Positions 38,733 to 49,142 of a stretch of DNA of 64,000 nucleotides are shown here, one piece after another. The notes beneath the pieces are model-generated. The model was not told where the DNA came from. It worked only from the letters and a program-made list of their open reading frames with translations, and searched no databases. Position 1 is the stretch's first letter. Each line of letters begins with the position of its first letter. This stretch comes from an uncultured archaeon (lineage in GTDB: Archaea; Altiarchaeota; Altiarchaeia; IMC4; SCGC-AAA252-I15). Position numbers and translations under genes: made by a program. The DNA lies in assembly GCA_964423225.1 (NCBI GenBank), contig CAYREE010000002.1, positions 10,278 to 74,277 on the forward strand. The letters run 5' to 3'.

Positions 38733-39496
38733 TGATGCAAGTCAAAGATGTGATGTCAACGAGTGTGGAATGTGTTAAACCAACCGATCAAGTAACACAT
38801 GCCAGGTCTCTTATTAGAGATAAGAGATTGAGGATTCTTCCCGTATGTGATGGTCGGAGACTAGTAGGTTTGCTGTCGCGTGGCGACGTTCTCAAAGTTA
38901 CTTCTACAAAGGCCAATATCACGATAGAGGGTATTATGCATACGAATATAGTCTCAGTAATGCCTGGCGATTCACTTTTGCAGGCAGCTCAAAAGATAGC
39001 GGATTCAAATGTATTATATCTTCCCGTTGTAGATGGTGATAGTCTAAAAGGGGTATTATCTTCGAGAAAGGTGTTGAATCATATAGTGGAAAACACTAAG
39101 AAGACGGATATAAAAGTAAGTGATGTTATGACTTCTGATGTTGTCACATGTAGTCCAGACGATGATTTATCATGGATATGGGATAAGATGATAAAATCCG
39201 GTCTTGGCGGACTGCCTGTTGTAGAAAAAGGTGTTGTCAAAGGCATGGTCACTAAAATGGATTTGTTGAATCGTGGTTCAGCCCGGCTTGTAAAAGAATC
39301 CGGGAAAGGAAAGAAGATTCACGTGAAGAAAGTCATGAAGAGTCCACCACATGTCCTAGGTATTGGAAAAACAGTGGCTGAAGCAGCATCAATGATGATT
39401 GAAAATAAGATTACCCGGCTGCCTATAGTCGATGGTAAGAACAAGCTTGTTGGAATAATTGATGTTGAAGATGTATTCAATGCATACCTGTCTTAA
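38720..39496 (+). CDS. four-CBS-domain protein
   Basis: VKDVMS, LPV, VSDVMT, VKKVMK repeats. Confidence 0.9.
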   Translation: MYWLMMQVKDVMSTSVECVKPTDQVTHARSLIRDKRLRILPVCDGRRLVGLLSRGDVLKVTSTKANITIEGIMHTNIVSVMPGDSLLQAAQKIADSNVLYLPVVDGDSLKGVLSSRKVLNHIVENTKKTDIKVSDVMTSDVVTCSPDDDLSWIWDKMIKSGLGGLPVVEKGVVKGMVTKMDLLNRGSARLVKESGKGKKIHVKKVMKSPPHVLGIGKTVAEAASMMIENKITRLPIVDGKNKLVGIIDVEDVFNAYLS

Positions 39497-39535
39497 AATC
39501 CTATTATTATAATTGTTGTCCTAATAGTATCCAAG

Positions 39536-40810
39536 ATGCTAGATATTAAACGTGTACGACAAGATCCTCAAGTAGTCCTGGAGAATATCAAGCGTAGAGG
39601 CAATACGGATTATATAGAAAGATTCAATGAGCTTATCAGTATTGATGAGAAGTGGCGTATACTAAAAAAGAAGATAGATGATCTAAGACATGAGAGGAAT
39701 AAGAGTTCTCAACAAGTTGATGCTGCAAGAAAATCAGGACAGGATATCAGCCTTATTGTGAAAGGTGCTAAGGATATTTCAGGTGAGATCAAGGAGACTG
39801 AGATAGAATGCGAAAAACTCAATGTTCATATGAAAGATCTTTTAATGCGTCTTCCAAACATATTGCATGAGACAGTTCCTGTAGGACATTCTGAGGAGGA
39901 TAATGTCGAAGTAAGGGTTTGGGGCAAGGCTGTTAAACCTGGTTTTGAATTGAAACACCATGGCGATATCGCGGTTGATCTTGGTGTGGCTGATTTTGAA
40001 CGGGCTGTAAAAATATCTGGTAGCGGTTTTTACATACTTAAAGGAGATTTGGCTTTAATGGATTTTGCATTATTGAATCTGGGTATCAGTATGCTTGTTG
40101 ATAAGGATTACACTCTCATTGAACCTCCATTTATGATGCGTAGAAAACCCTATGAGGGTGTCACCGACCTTGATGATTTTGAAAACGTCATGTATAAGAT
40201 AGATGGTGAAGATGGGTATCTTATCGCTACAAGCGAGCATCCGATAGCTGCAATGCATATGGGGGAGCTATTGGAAGATAAGGATCTACCATTGAAGTAC
40301 TGTGGAGTTTCAACAAATTTTAGGAAGGAGATAGGGAAACACAGTGTGGATGAACGGGGTTTGTTCAGAGTGCATCAATTCAATAAGATAGAGCAATTTA
40401 TCTTTTCAAAACCTGACGATGGCTGGGATTTCCATGAAGAGCTTCTATCTAATGCGGAATCATTGTTAAAAAAATTGGAGATACCCTATCGTATAGTCAA
40501 TGTTTGTACTGGTGATATCGGAACGGTTGCAGCAAAGAAATATGATATCGAGGGATGGAGCCCTAGGGAGGGCAAGTATATCGAGCTTATCAGCTGTTCA
40601 AACTGCACTTCATATCAGGCGGCAAGACTTGGCATCAGATATCGCAGAGGACAGGAGAAAGATTTTCCACACACATTAAATAGTACGATGGTGGCAACTT
40701 CAAGGGCGCTTAGACTAATACTGGAAAACTATCAGACTAAGGATGGACGGGTAAGGGTGCCAGAAGTATTAAAGCAATATATGAAGGGCAAGGAATATAT
40801 TGGAGAGTAA
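39536..40810 (+). CDS. serS: serine--tRNA ligase
   Basis: LIATSEHP, FRKE, GLFRVHQFNKIEQF, KKYDIE, SCSNCT, TLNST. Confidence 0.97.
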   Translation: MLDIKRVRQDPQVVLENIKRRGNTDYIERFNELISIDEKWRILKKKIDDLRHERNKSSQQVDAARKSGQDISLIVKGAKDISGEIKETEIECEKLNVHMKDLLMRLPNILHETVPVGHSEEDNVEVRVWGKAVKPGFELKHHGDIAVDLGVADFERAVKISGSGFYILKGDLALMDFALLNLGISMLVDKDYTLIEPPFMMRRKPYEGVTDLDDFENVMYKIDGEDGYLIATSEHPIAAMHMGELLEDKDLPLKYCGVSTNFRKEIGKHSVDERGLFRVHQFNKIEQFIFSKPDDGWDFHEELLSNAESLLKKLEIPYRIVNVCTGDIGTVAAKKYDIEGWSPREGKYIELISCSNCTSYQAARLGIRYRRGQEKDFPHTLNSTMVATSRALRLILENYQTKDGRVRVPEVLKQYMKGKEYIGE

Positions 40811-40812
40811 GA

Positions 40813-41979
40813 TTAGAGAAATCCTACTACACTCTTGATCTTATACCTGCTATAGTTTCTCCTAGCCTGTGAATAATACATCCTGTATCTGCCATCCTTC
40901 ATCCTTACAATGTCTGGATCGCTTGCGATATCTGAATCTCGTTCAGGTACTATTCTTATCCCTTGATCCAGTTTGAAGGACTTTCCATCTCGTGAGCTTG
41001 CGCTTAGGATGACTGATGCAGTATCATTATCCATGTTCTTTGAAGTGAAATACAGTTTATATACTCGTTCTGGGAGTATGAAGGATTTAGGATCTGATAG
41101 AATAGTATTACCAAAGACTATCCTTGATTCCCTATGCCAATTAGATCCATCATCGAAAGAAAGTGCAGTCCTCAACCATCTTCCAGTACTATAATACATC
41201 CTTAGTGTGTTGTTCGGAAGCCTTATTACCTCCGGGTCTGCGACATAAAGCTTGTATGGATCATCTGAATCCTCATAATCCTGGAATCTAACGTCTGGTT
41301 CTTTCACCCAGTTGAATAAATCATCTGAGATAGCACTGTAAAACCTTTGTTCAGCCGGCAGACGCTTCCACATACTCTCAATCCATTCCATACCCCCCTG
41401 ATCAACGCCTTCATAAATCATCCTATAACTCCCGTTTAACAGACGATAAACACAGGGATTGGCAATCGCTCTTTGCCCTTGCACACCACCACTTAATACT
41501 GTCCCATTATCAGCATATGATAATCCCCTATCTGATAATGCAATACGAATCTCATTTTCCCTAGAATAGAACATAATATATCTTCCATCGACAAGTAGAG
41601 TGTCGGATTCCTTCCCATCTTCAAGTCTTGTATCAGTCTCTCGAGTAAAATATAACAAAGCATCGATTGGCAGTATCAATGTCGTTGTTGTACCTGTTGT
41701 CGTTGTTGTTGTACTGGTAGTTGTTGTTGTGGTTGACGTTGTTGTTTTCTTAATAGTGGTTGTAGTCGTCTTTAACGTTGTCTCAGTAGTCCTAATAATC
41801 TCAATCTCGTCTATATCAATTTCTGTGTATTCATAGATAGTCTCCTTGATAAAAGTCAGGGTATCCGACCCGAAATTCACAAGGAAGAATATTAATATTA
41901 TAATGGGGATGATGATCTGAGGATGCTCCCTGACCTTGTTCACCCGCCCCGTAATACTTTTCAGATTGAAACCTACCAT
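40813..41979 (-). CDS. membrane-anchored surface protein: Thr-rich stalk plus five-bladed beta-propeller (glycoside hydrolase-like)
   Basis: TM, poly-Thr linker, five repeats of P.V/I....G.Y/LRMYY. Confidence 0.7.
   Translation of the reverse strand: MVGFNLKSITGRVNKVREHPQIIIPIIILIFFLVNFGSDTLTFIKETIYEYTEIDIDEIEIIRTTETTLKTTTTTIKKTTTSTTTTTTSTTTTTTGTTTTLILPIDALLYFTRETDTRLEDGKESDTLLVDGRYIMFYSRENEIRIALSDRGLSYADNGTVLSGGVQGQRAIANPCVYRLLNGSYRMIYEGVDQGGMEWIESMWKRLPAEQRFYSAISDDLFNWVKEPDVRFQDYEDSDDPYKLYVADPEVIRLPNNTLRMYYSTGRWLRTALSFDDGSNWHRESRIVFGNTILSDPKSFILPERVYKLYFTSKNMDNDTASVILSASSRDGKSFKLDQGIRIVPERDSDIASDPDIVRMKDGRYRMYYSQARRNYSRYKIKSVVGFL
41681..41780 (-). repeat. low-complexity ACN codon run encoding a Thr-rich stalk
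   Basis: gttgttgt arrays; TTTTTIKKTTTSTTTTTTSTTTTTTGTTTT. Confidence 0.7.
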
Positions 41980-42016
41980 CTTAGATGGCTACCTTGATTA
42001 AGATATAGAAAGACTA

Positions 42017-43207
42017 TTAAAACTTTATCTCATTATCACACATGGGGATAAGTGTCCTAACCATATCCTCAGCCTCTTTCTTCTCAGTACTGAGGATGAC
42101 TCCCGCAATCTTTTCCAATCTCATCTTGTTAATAATAAAGTGTGTGAATTCTTTCACACTCTTGTCATTGTTATAGATGAGAAGACTTGATAGCGAGTCA
42201 AGGAAAAGGAATTTCTTTTCAGTATTGACTTTTGAAAGCATTCTGTCAAGATACATGCTAACTTCCTCAAGCGATCCTGGATTCTCAACAAAAACTACAT
42301 TATCAGATTTCTCTGGAGCTTTCCCTGCCATCTGTGAGATACAATCCACGAACATTATCTGGGATGCGTCAGCCCCAGATTCATTAACAGCTTCGATGAT
42401 ATAGTCATACGGTCGTGATACACTGATATAGACTCCCCCCATCCCCTTTTCCTTTACTAGTTTGGCAAGTAGTGCCGATACTACTCTAGAATGGTCTTTT
42501 GACTTGGCTGAGGCTATGATGATAGCATCGTCGCGCAGATTTGTTAATCCTTCATCCATTTTCTTAGCGATGGATTCATCTGTCGTTGCTACTTCTTCAA
42601 CGGCTGGCTGTGCAGCCATTGGCATTCCACCCGGTCCCATCACAATCTGTTTTTCCTTTTCTTTGTCATGTTCTGTTTTTATCGCCTCTATCTCTCTGAC
42701 AAGGTTTTTAACATTGGATGTCAATCTTGTTGTTATGAGTACTGGGGCTCTATTCTTGCGGGATATCTTAAAATACCCTAGTATTGATGGTATGAATTTT
42801 AACAGGTGATAGCCTCCAAGTAAGAAAGATGCTGATATACCTGCAAGGATTGCCTTGTCTATTGGTATTATGTCCGATATTTCGGGCAGGTATTTGAATA
42901 TTAGATTGTATATTGGTGTGACTAGATCATTGGATTGTTGGTAGTTATAGACTCCAAAGGCGATAGCGATCATTAGTATTCCTTTGATTAGCTCTGACCA
43001 GCGGACTCTAGTAAAATGTTCGAGAGCGTCTATCTCATCATATTGTATTCCTACAAAAGATTTTGGGAATTTTTTTATACAGACAACTCTTTCCTTGGTT
43101 GTTAGGACTGTGTATAATCCTATCTTGTATTTTGATCCTACCTGTTCATTTTCAGGTATGTAGTCATCAAACCCCTTTACTTTTAATCCAGACCCCTCCA
43201 TTTTCAA
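42017..43207 (-). CDS. two-TM membrane protein with C-terminal degenerate KaiC/RecA-fold domain
   Basis: GVYISVSRP, FVDCIS, FLFLDSLSSLLIYN; Walker A absent. Confidence 0.75.
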   Translation of the reverse strand: MKMEGSGLKVKGFDDYIPENEQVGSKYKIGLYTVLTTKERVVCIKKFPKSFVGIQYDEIDALEHFTRVRWSELIKGILMIAIAFGVYNYQQSNDLVTPIYNLIFKYLPEISDIIPIDKAILAGISASFLLGGYHLLKFIPSILGYFKISRKNRAPVLITTRLTSNVKNLVREIEAIKTEHDKEKEKQIVMGPGGMPMAAQPAVEEVATTDESIAKKMDEGLTNLRDDAIIIASAKSKDHSRVVSALLAKLVKEKGMGGVYISVSRPYDYIIEAVNESGADASQIMFVDCISQMAGKAPEKSDNVVFVENPGSLEEVSMYLDRMLSKVNTEKKFLFLDSLSSLLIYNNDKSVKEFTHFIINKMRLEKIAGVILSTEKKEAEDMVRTLIPMCDNEIKF

Positions 43208-43917
43208 TCAATACCTGCTTTAAACATGGGCATCAATACTATGCCCTCATCTATTATCTGCATAACGTGTTTGTTTCTGGAATGGTTCATTCCCCTCATC
43301 TTGATTACCTGCAATGCCCTTAATAACTCTCCCTTCCTCTCGAATTCAGTTAGCATTATAACTCCGTCCGCAACGAATTCTTCCACTCCAAAAACACTGT
43401 ATTTGAATTCGTTAGGTGGTATCTCAGAAATCAATATTGTGGTTACGTCATGATACATCAGCCTAAAAGCTAGTTCGAAGACAAAATTTCTGATCTTCTC
43501 CCCTTCAATCAGGTTTTCGCATAATGCTGTGATAGAATCTATTACAAGCCTCTTAGTATTGTTGGATTTTATTATCTCTTCTATGATGCTTATTAATCCC
43601 TCTACATTATTCAAGCCGATACCTTTCAGTCTTGTATCCTGTACTAGGTCAACTACTTTAACAAGGTTTGAATCGACTAGATTCTGATCGTAGAATTTGA
43701 ATTCCTTAATGTTTTTCACAACCTTGTCTTTGGGCTCGGTTAATGCAATATATGTACCAGCCTCTCCCTGAGTAGCTCCATCAAAGATGAATTGCTGGCA
43801 TAATACGGTTTTTCCAGTACCGCAACTTCCTGCAAGTAGAACACAGTGTCCACGAGGTATGCCCCCATTCAACACATCATCTAATCCTATGATACCCGTC
43901 TTTAGCTTTTCTACCAT
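43204..43917 (-). CDS. single-domain KaiC-like (RAD55 family) ATPase
   Basis: TGIIGLDDVLNGGIP, GSCGTGKT, LVIDSIT, ADGVI, KMRG. Confidence 0.93.
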   Translation of the reverse strand: MVEKLKTGIIGLDDVLNGGIPRGHCVLLAGSCGTGKTVLCQQFIFDGATQGEAGTYIALTEPKDKVVKNIKEFKFYDQNLVDSNLVKVVDLVQDTRLKGIGLNNVEGLISIIEEIIKSNNTKRLVIDSITALCENLIEGEKIRNFVFELAFRLMYHDVTTILISEIPPNEFKYSVFGVEEFVADGVIMLTEFERKGELLRALQVIKMRGMNHSRNKHVMQIIDEGIVLMPMFKAGID

Positions 43918-43979
43918 ATGAACACCAGATTTTGTTAATTATTATTCTGGATTAATAAAAACCGACGAATTTAAGGATA

Positions 43980-44720
43980 TTATAATAGTTTGCCTAGTTT
44001 ATGGACTGATATTTTATCTACATATCCAATATGCTCGCCACCCATAGTCAGATTGACTATATGGACTTTTGATGTTTTGGCGACTTTTTCAATTAATTCC
44101 TTGCCTATCCTTAGTTTCCTGGGTTTTTTTATCTTGTCATAATGTCCTGAATATACTCCAACGACATTTCCAAAATCCATGCCTGCAAGGGCTATCATCC
44201 TAGGTTTGTAATGCTCTACAAGATGCACTGCTCGATCACCATCTGTAAAACCCCCAAAGTTATGGACTTTATCTGTTGGATCCGACTGTGTTGTAGCATA
44301 GATGGTTTTCTTGAATTGTGGCACATATTTTATAAGTGATTCCAGATTATCACCATGTCCATGAACTACGGTGACACAATTATATTCGTTGGCTTTTAAG
44401 ATGAATCTGATATCTCCATCAAGGTCTGTTATATTAATATGTGGTATTATCCTGTACTCCATCAATGCTTTTACAGCACCGTCCACGGCCACATTCACAA
44501 CTTTCTTATGAATCCCCTCGTCATGTATTTTATGGAGGTTTTCTTCAAGGCTTGGGCCACAACCATAGATCACAACATTCTTACCCTTTATCATCTTACT
44601 GAGTTTGGATAATCTCTCTGCTTTAACCATGTTGTTCAAGATCTGTGTGGCTCTCGTATCACCAGACATATTTAGATCTAATGATCTAACTATGTTCAGA
44701 TATTCTGTTGTCCATGGCAT
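43980..44720 (-). CDS. mptE: 6-hydroxymethyl-7,8-dihydropterin pyrophosphokinase (DUF115)
   Basis: GCGPSL, AVDGA, TDLDG, VHGHGDN, NFGGFTDGDRA, GMDF. Confidence 0.9.
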   Translation of the reverse strand: MPWTTEYLNIVRSLDLNMSGDTRATQILNNMVKAERLSKLSKMIKGKNVVIYGCGPSLEENLHKIHDEGIHKKVVNVAVDGAVKALMEYRIIPHINITDLDGDIRFILKANEYNCVTVVHGHGDNLESLIKYVPQFKKTIYATTQSDPTDKVHNFGGFTDGDRAVHLVEHYKPRMIALAGMDFGNVVGVYSGHYDKIKKPRKLRIGKELIEKVAKTSKVHIVNLTMGGEHIGYVDKISVHKLGKLL

Positions 44721-44759
44721 GGTATAATAGCCTTTATCGCCAAAGATTAAATAATCGAG

Positions 44760-45464
44760 ATGAGTTCGACGGATGAGCGTTTTATGGTGGATGAAAGCCT
44801 TCTAAAACGCATTTGTGATTATGCTTCATTATCTGAAAATGATGTTGTATTAGAGGTTGGGGCAGGGAAGGGCAGTCTTACAAAAAAACTTGTTGAAAAG
44901 GGATGTAAGGTTATCGCGGTTGAGAAAAACAAGGATCTTTTCAATGAATTGAGCGGGAAATTATCTGATCTATCGAATCTAGAATTAGTAGATGGGGATA
45001 TATTGAAGGTCAAGGTTCCGAAATATAATAAAGTCGTCTCGAATATACCCTATAGTATAAGCAGAAAGATTGTAAAAAAAATTTTACTCGATGGTTTTGA
45101 TTCTGCGGTACTCGTAGTTCAAAAAGAATTCGCTGAAAAGCTCGATGCTGATGAGGGAAGTATAAATTACCGGATGATAACAGCACTAACCAAATCATGT
45201 TGTAGTATCGAGGTTTTAGAAAATATTTCACCAGAAGCATTCAGGCCCATACCCAGAGTATGGTCCTCGGTAGTAAGGCTCATACAGCATAAGCCTTTAA
45301 CAAAGGGATACCTAGACTTGTTGACAAATTTGTTTAACCATAAAAACAAGTTTATACGCAATACATTGTCTGGATACAAAGGCAAATTCAAGGATTATAG
45401 GCCAGTGAACATGAGTCCAGTGGAATTATCTGAATTATACTCAGACCTACAGAAAGTTCAATAA
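44760..45464 (+). CDS. rsmA: 16S rRNA adenine dimethyltransferase
   Basis: VLEVGAGKGSLT, VSNIPYSIS, QKEFA, F.P.PRV.S. Confidence 0.92.
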   Translation: MSSTDERFMVDESLLKRICDYASLSENDVVLEVGAGKGSLTKKLVEKGCKVIAVEKNKDLFNELSGKLSDLSNLELVDGDILKVKVPKYNKVVSNIPYSISRKIVKKILLDGFDSAVLVVQKEFAEKLDADEGSINYRMITALTKSCCSIEVLENISPEAFRPIPRVWSSVVRLIQHKPLTKGYLDLLTNLFNHKNKFIRNTLSGYKGKFKDYRPVNMSPVELSELYSDLQKVQ

Positions 45465-45502
45465 AGCTATTTTTTTTTTATCGAAATGCAAGGTATTATA
45501 TT

Positions 45503-46360
45503 ATGAGTGGACTGGCGACCAGGCCAATAGCTATAGAAGACCGGGTCTTAATGGCCCCTACAACTGATATTGGCGGGCCGATGGCTGCTGGTGGCAGAGG
45601 TGATGGTGAAACAAATTTTGATTCATTTATCAATGGTATTTTCAAGCGTTCGAAAGGCATGGAAGTTGGTGTAACTGAAAAATGGGTTATTAGACGGCTT
45701 CTTGAATCCATCTATACTAAATCTGGTCTACAAAACTCTGATATCATCGAGCATGATGTGAATCGTCTTGGGAATAACATGCATGCGTCCGGCCTCCTTG
45801 ATCGGGGTGCTAGCTGGGTTGATGAGGGTGCTAGAAGGTTTATCACGGTTTTAGAGGCGGTTGATAGGGGTAGTGGAGATGCTGTATTAAGGAGGACTGA
45901 AAATATTTCACGGATTGTAGGATCAAATGGGACTGGTTATGATTCTATAGGCATCATCGAGGATGGTGGAAGGATTGAAGACATGGAATTCATTAAAAAA
46001 ATGAGTGAGGATCTGGGACTTGTAAGACAGGATGTCGATGATATCCTAGGTGTTGCGAAGGACAAGCCTGATCTAGTAGCTAAGAGAAGACCTATGGTTG
46101 ATGCCTACTCAACGCGTGATCTTGGTGCTGTAAGACATGCATGTGGGCCAGTCTACGCCAGGATCATGACTTCTGATGATGCGCTTACGGCGTCTGAAGT
46201 AAGGGAATCGTTCTGCGCACTGTTCAGTGCATTTGCTAAATATCCTCCAACATCAGTTACTGAGATCAAAGAAACATTCCAGCAAGTTTCTTCTACTGGA
46301 TTAAATCCTATAGAGCATCTTAAAACACTTCCTGACAGATTATACTCGTCAAAGTCTTGA
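45503..46360 (+). CDS. orphan hypothetical protein, 285 aa
   Basis: long ORF between rsmA and pdxS; no motif recognised. Confidence 0.7.
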   Translation: MSGLATRPIAIEDRVLMAPTTDIGGPMAAGGRGDGETNFDSFINGIFKRSKGMEVGVTEKWVIRRLLESIYTKSGLQNSDIIEHDVNRLGNNMHASGLLDRGASWVDEGARRFITVLEAVDRGSGDAVLRRTENISRIVGSNGTGYDSIGIIEDGGRIEDMEFIKKMSEDLGLVRQDVDDILGVAKDKPDLVAKRRPMVDAYSTRDLGAVRHACGPVYARIMTSDDALTASEVRESFCALFSAFAKYPPTSVTEIKETFQQVSSTGLNPIEHLKTLPDRLYSSKS

Positions 46361-46437
46361 TAAAAGGAAGGAAGGGATGGTTGTTTCCTACCAGATCTTA
46401 TTTATTAAGAAGTCATATATTATACTCTGGGTGATGT

Positions 46438-47319
46438 ATGGTGACTAAACGTGGTACAAAGCTTTTGAAGGAAGGATTTGCGAAGATGGTGAAGCGTGGC
46501 GTCGTAATGGACGTCACTGATGCGAAACAGGCAGGAATTGCTGAGGATGCTGGTGCTGTGGCTGTAATGGCTTTAGAGCGCGTTCCCTCAGATATACGTG
46601 CTGATGGAGGGGTGGCTAGGATGGCTGACCCACTTAAGATACAGGAGATATTAGACTGTGTTACAATCCCGGTTATGGCAAAATGTCGTATCGGACATTT
46701 TGCAGAAGCGCAAATTCTACAGCATCTTGGCGTGGATATGGTGGATGAGAGCGAAGTACTAACTCCTGCTGACGAGCAGAACCATGTTGATAAGAAACAA
46801 TTTACAATACCCTTTGTTTGTGGTGCCCGGAATCTTGGCGAGGCTTTGAGAAGGATAAGTGAAGGAGCAGCAATGATCCGGACTAAAGGTGAGGCAGGCA
46901 CTGGAAATATTGTGGAAGCAGTTAGGCATATGCGTGCAGTTATCGGCGAGATAAATAAGATTAAATCTATGAGTGATGATGAATTATACGATGAGGCTAA
47001 GAACTTAAGGTCTCCGATAGAGCTTGTCAAGGAAGTCAAGAAACTAGGCAGGTTACCTGTCGTTAATTTTAGTGCTGGTGGAATTGCTACGCCTGCTGAC
47101 GCGTCTTTGATGATGCAGTTGGGTGGTGACGGCAACTTCGTGGGTTCAGGCATTTTTAAGAGTGATGAGCCCGAGCTTATGGCCAAGGCTATAGTGGAGG
47201 CGACACTTCATTATGATAAACCTGATGTTCTGGCAGAAGTTAGCAAAGGTTTGGGCGAAGCGATGAAAGGACTTGATATTGCAACTTTAGAGACTCGTCT
47301 ACAGGAGCGTGGTGATTAA
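46438..47319 (+). CDS. pdxS: pyridoxal 5'-phosphate synthase subunit PdxS
   Basis: [39 protein letters not shown]. Confidence 0.97.
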   Translation: MVTKRGTKLLKEGFAKMVKRGVVMDVTDAKQAGIAEDAGAVAVMALERVPSDIRADGGVARMADPLKIQEILDCVTIPVMAKCRIGHFAEAQILQHLGVDMVDESEVLTPADEQNHVDKKQFTIPFVCGARNLGEALRRISEGAAMIRTKGEAGTGNIVEAVRHMRAVIGEINKIKSMSDDELYDEAKNLRSPIELVKEVKKLGRLPVVNFSAGGIATPADASLMMQLGGDGNFVGSGIFKSDEPELMAKAIVEATLHYDKPDVLAEVSKGLGEAMKGLDIATLETRLQERGD

Positions 47320-48107
47320 TGCTTGTTTCCGACGTTATGACGACGGAATTGATGACTTGCGGACCTGAAGAGAATCTAGTGGCTGTTGGAGACCGGCTTG
47401 ATGAAGGTGGATTAAGTGCTGCGATAGTAATCGATAATTCCGAGGTTGTTGGTCTTGTTGGAAAGGAAACTTTTATCGCTAATCTACATATCATATGTGA
47501 TGAGAAGCCTCTTGAAACTTATTGTGTGAGCGATTTCATGAGTCAAGATGTCATCCCATTGAATAGTGACGATGACTTGTATGATGCTATAGATCGTATA
47601 CAAAATCTCACAAAACATGTTGATAGACTTCCAGTCATATCTGATGGGAAGCTTGTAGGTGTTCTTTCTAAGAAGAATCTTACACAACTTTATGCGGATA
47701 TGATGGGGGGGAAACATAAAGTCCGGGATATAATGCATTTTAATCCCTCGACAGTCGAGTCATACGATTCCCTTGATAAGGTTATTGATGAGATGAAGAT
47801 TTCAGGTGCGAAAAGCGTTCTTGTAATGGATGGTATTCATCTTTCTGGTATTATCACGATAAAGGATATTAGTATAAACTTATTCCGGGAGAAAAAAGTA
47901 TGTAAGCGTACTAATGCTGTTAGCCTTCTTACTGCAGAAGATATTATGTCGAGGAATCCAATCACGATAAATGAGAAGATGGATTCTGCATTAGCTGCAC
48001 AGTTAATGATCGAGAAGGAATTTGGAAGCCTTCCTGTCGTGAATGGTGAGCTTAAAGGCATCCTAACGCGAACTGATCTTTTAAAAGGATTTCAATTGGA
48101 AAAATAA
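47319..48107 (+). CDS. four-CBS-domain protein
   Basis: VSDVMT, VSDFMS, VRDIMH, AEDIMS repeats. Confidence 0.88.
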   Translation: MLVSDVMTTELMTCGPEENLVAVGDRLDEGGLSAAIVIDNSEVVGLVGKETFIANLHIICDEKPLETYCVSDFMSQDVIPLNSDDDLYDAIDRIQNLTKHVDRLPVISDGKLVGVLSKKNLTQLYADMMGGKHKVRDIMHFNPSTVESYDSLDKVIDEMKISGAKSVLVMDGIHLSGIITIKDISINLFREKKVCKRTNAVSLLTAEDIMSRNPITINEKMDSALAAQLMIEKEFGSLPVVNGELKGILTRTDLLKGFQLEK

Positions 48108-48128
48108 ATCCTGATCCATTAGATTGAA

Positions 48129-48722
48129 ATGAAATATGGGGTCTTGAATGTTCAAGGAGATGTAACTGAACACGTTCAATCACTTTGTAATGCAGTTGAT
48201 TCACTAGGCTTGGATGGAGAAGTGATTGAAGTCAAGGATAAGAATACGATAAAAAAGTGTAGTGCTCTCGTTATACCTGGGGGAGAATCAACTACTCTAG
48301 GACTCTTATTGAATGATTATGGCCTTGACACGGTAATCAATGAACTCGCCTCAAATGGCGTTCCTATCATGGGTACGTGTGCTGGTCTGATACTTCTGGC
48401 TAAAGAGGGGAATAATCATGTCTTGAAAACTGGTCAGCCTTTATTGTCTTTAATGGATGTGAAGGTTAGTCGTAATGCTTTTGGTAGGCAGAGAGATTCT
48501 TTTGAAGCATTGCTTGATATTCCCGCATTAAATGGGGGTGGGTATCCGGGAGTTTTTATTCGAGCTCCTGCAATAGAGAAGTTATGGGGTAATGCAGAAG
48601 AATTATGCAGGTATGAGGATTTGATTGTAATGGCTAGACAGGATAATATTCTTGCTGTAGCATTTCATCCCGAGCTTACCTCGGATCTTCGCATACACGA
48701 GTATTTTCTGAAGATGATATGA
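48129..48722 (+). CDS. pdxT: PLP synthase glutaminase subunit PdxT
   Basis: QGDV.EH, PGGEST, GTCAG, RNAFGRQ, VFIRAP, FHPEL. Confidence 0.97.
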   Translation: MKYGVLNVQGDVTEHVQSLCNAVDSLGLDGEVIEVKDKNTIKKCSALVIPGGESTTLGLLLNDYGLDTVINELASNGVPIMGTCAGLILLAKEGNNHVLKTGQPLLSLMDVKVSRNAFGRQRDSFEALLDIPALNGGGYPGVFIRAPAIEKLWGNAEELCRYEDLIVMARQDNILAVAFHPELTSDLRIHEYFLKMI

Positions 48723-48754
48723 TTTTATTATTATCTTGCATATGATTTATCCCT

Positions 48755-49141
48755 ATGTCTCTCATTGATTTTGGCATTGTGCAGAAGGAGCTTAAGGATG
48801 CTGGCATCTTCCATACTCATCAGGTTTTGGTTCGTAAGAACAAGCATCTTGCAATTGGTAATGTTCCGTCAGTGTTCATTATAACGGATACCTGTATTTA
48901 TCATGGTGGCACCGAGCATACTAACAATAATTTCTATTGTATACGTCTTAGCAAACTGCTTGAAGTAAGTGAAGTGGGCAAAAGCATGTGGAAGAGCATA
49001 AAGATAAGATATGCTCAAGATGATAGGATAGAATCCATTTATGTCTGTCCTTTTACCGGGGATCCGGGCAAGCCAGTGATAGATGAGGAGTCATTCAAGA
49101 TCATCATGGATTTATTAAAGGCTAATTTAAATTCTGTTTGA
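48755..49141 (+). CDS. hypothetical protein, possibly PH-like beta fold
   Basis: beta-strand pattern (FIITDTCIY, IRLSKL.EV) plus C-terminal helix. Confidence 0.6.
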   Translation: MSLIDFGIVQKELKDAGIFHTHQVLVRKNKHLAIGNVPSVFIITDTCIYHGGTEHTNNNFYCIRLSKLLEVSEVGKSMWKSIKIRYAQDDRIESIYVCPFTGDPGKPVIDEESFKIIMDLLKANLNSV

Positions 49142-49142
49142 A

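Noticed and set aside
41681-41780. GTT-rich array as a possible CRISPR or VNTR
   Set aside because: Explained by Thr codons of a surface-protein stalk; no repeat-spacer structure.
46413-47186. 257-aa antisense ORF, and the many shorter antisense or nested ORFs in the track
   Set aside because: Shadows of well-supported genes such as pdxS, with no motifs of their own.
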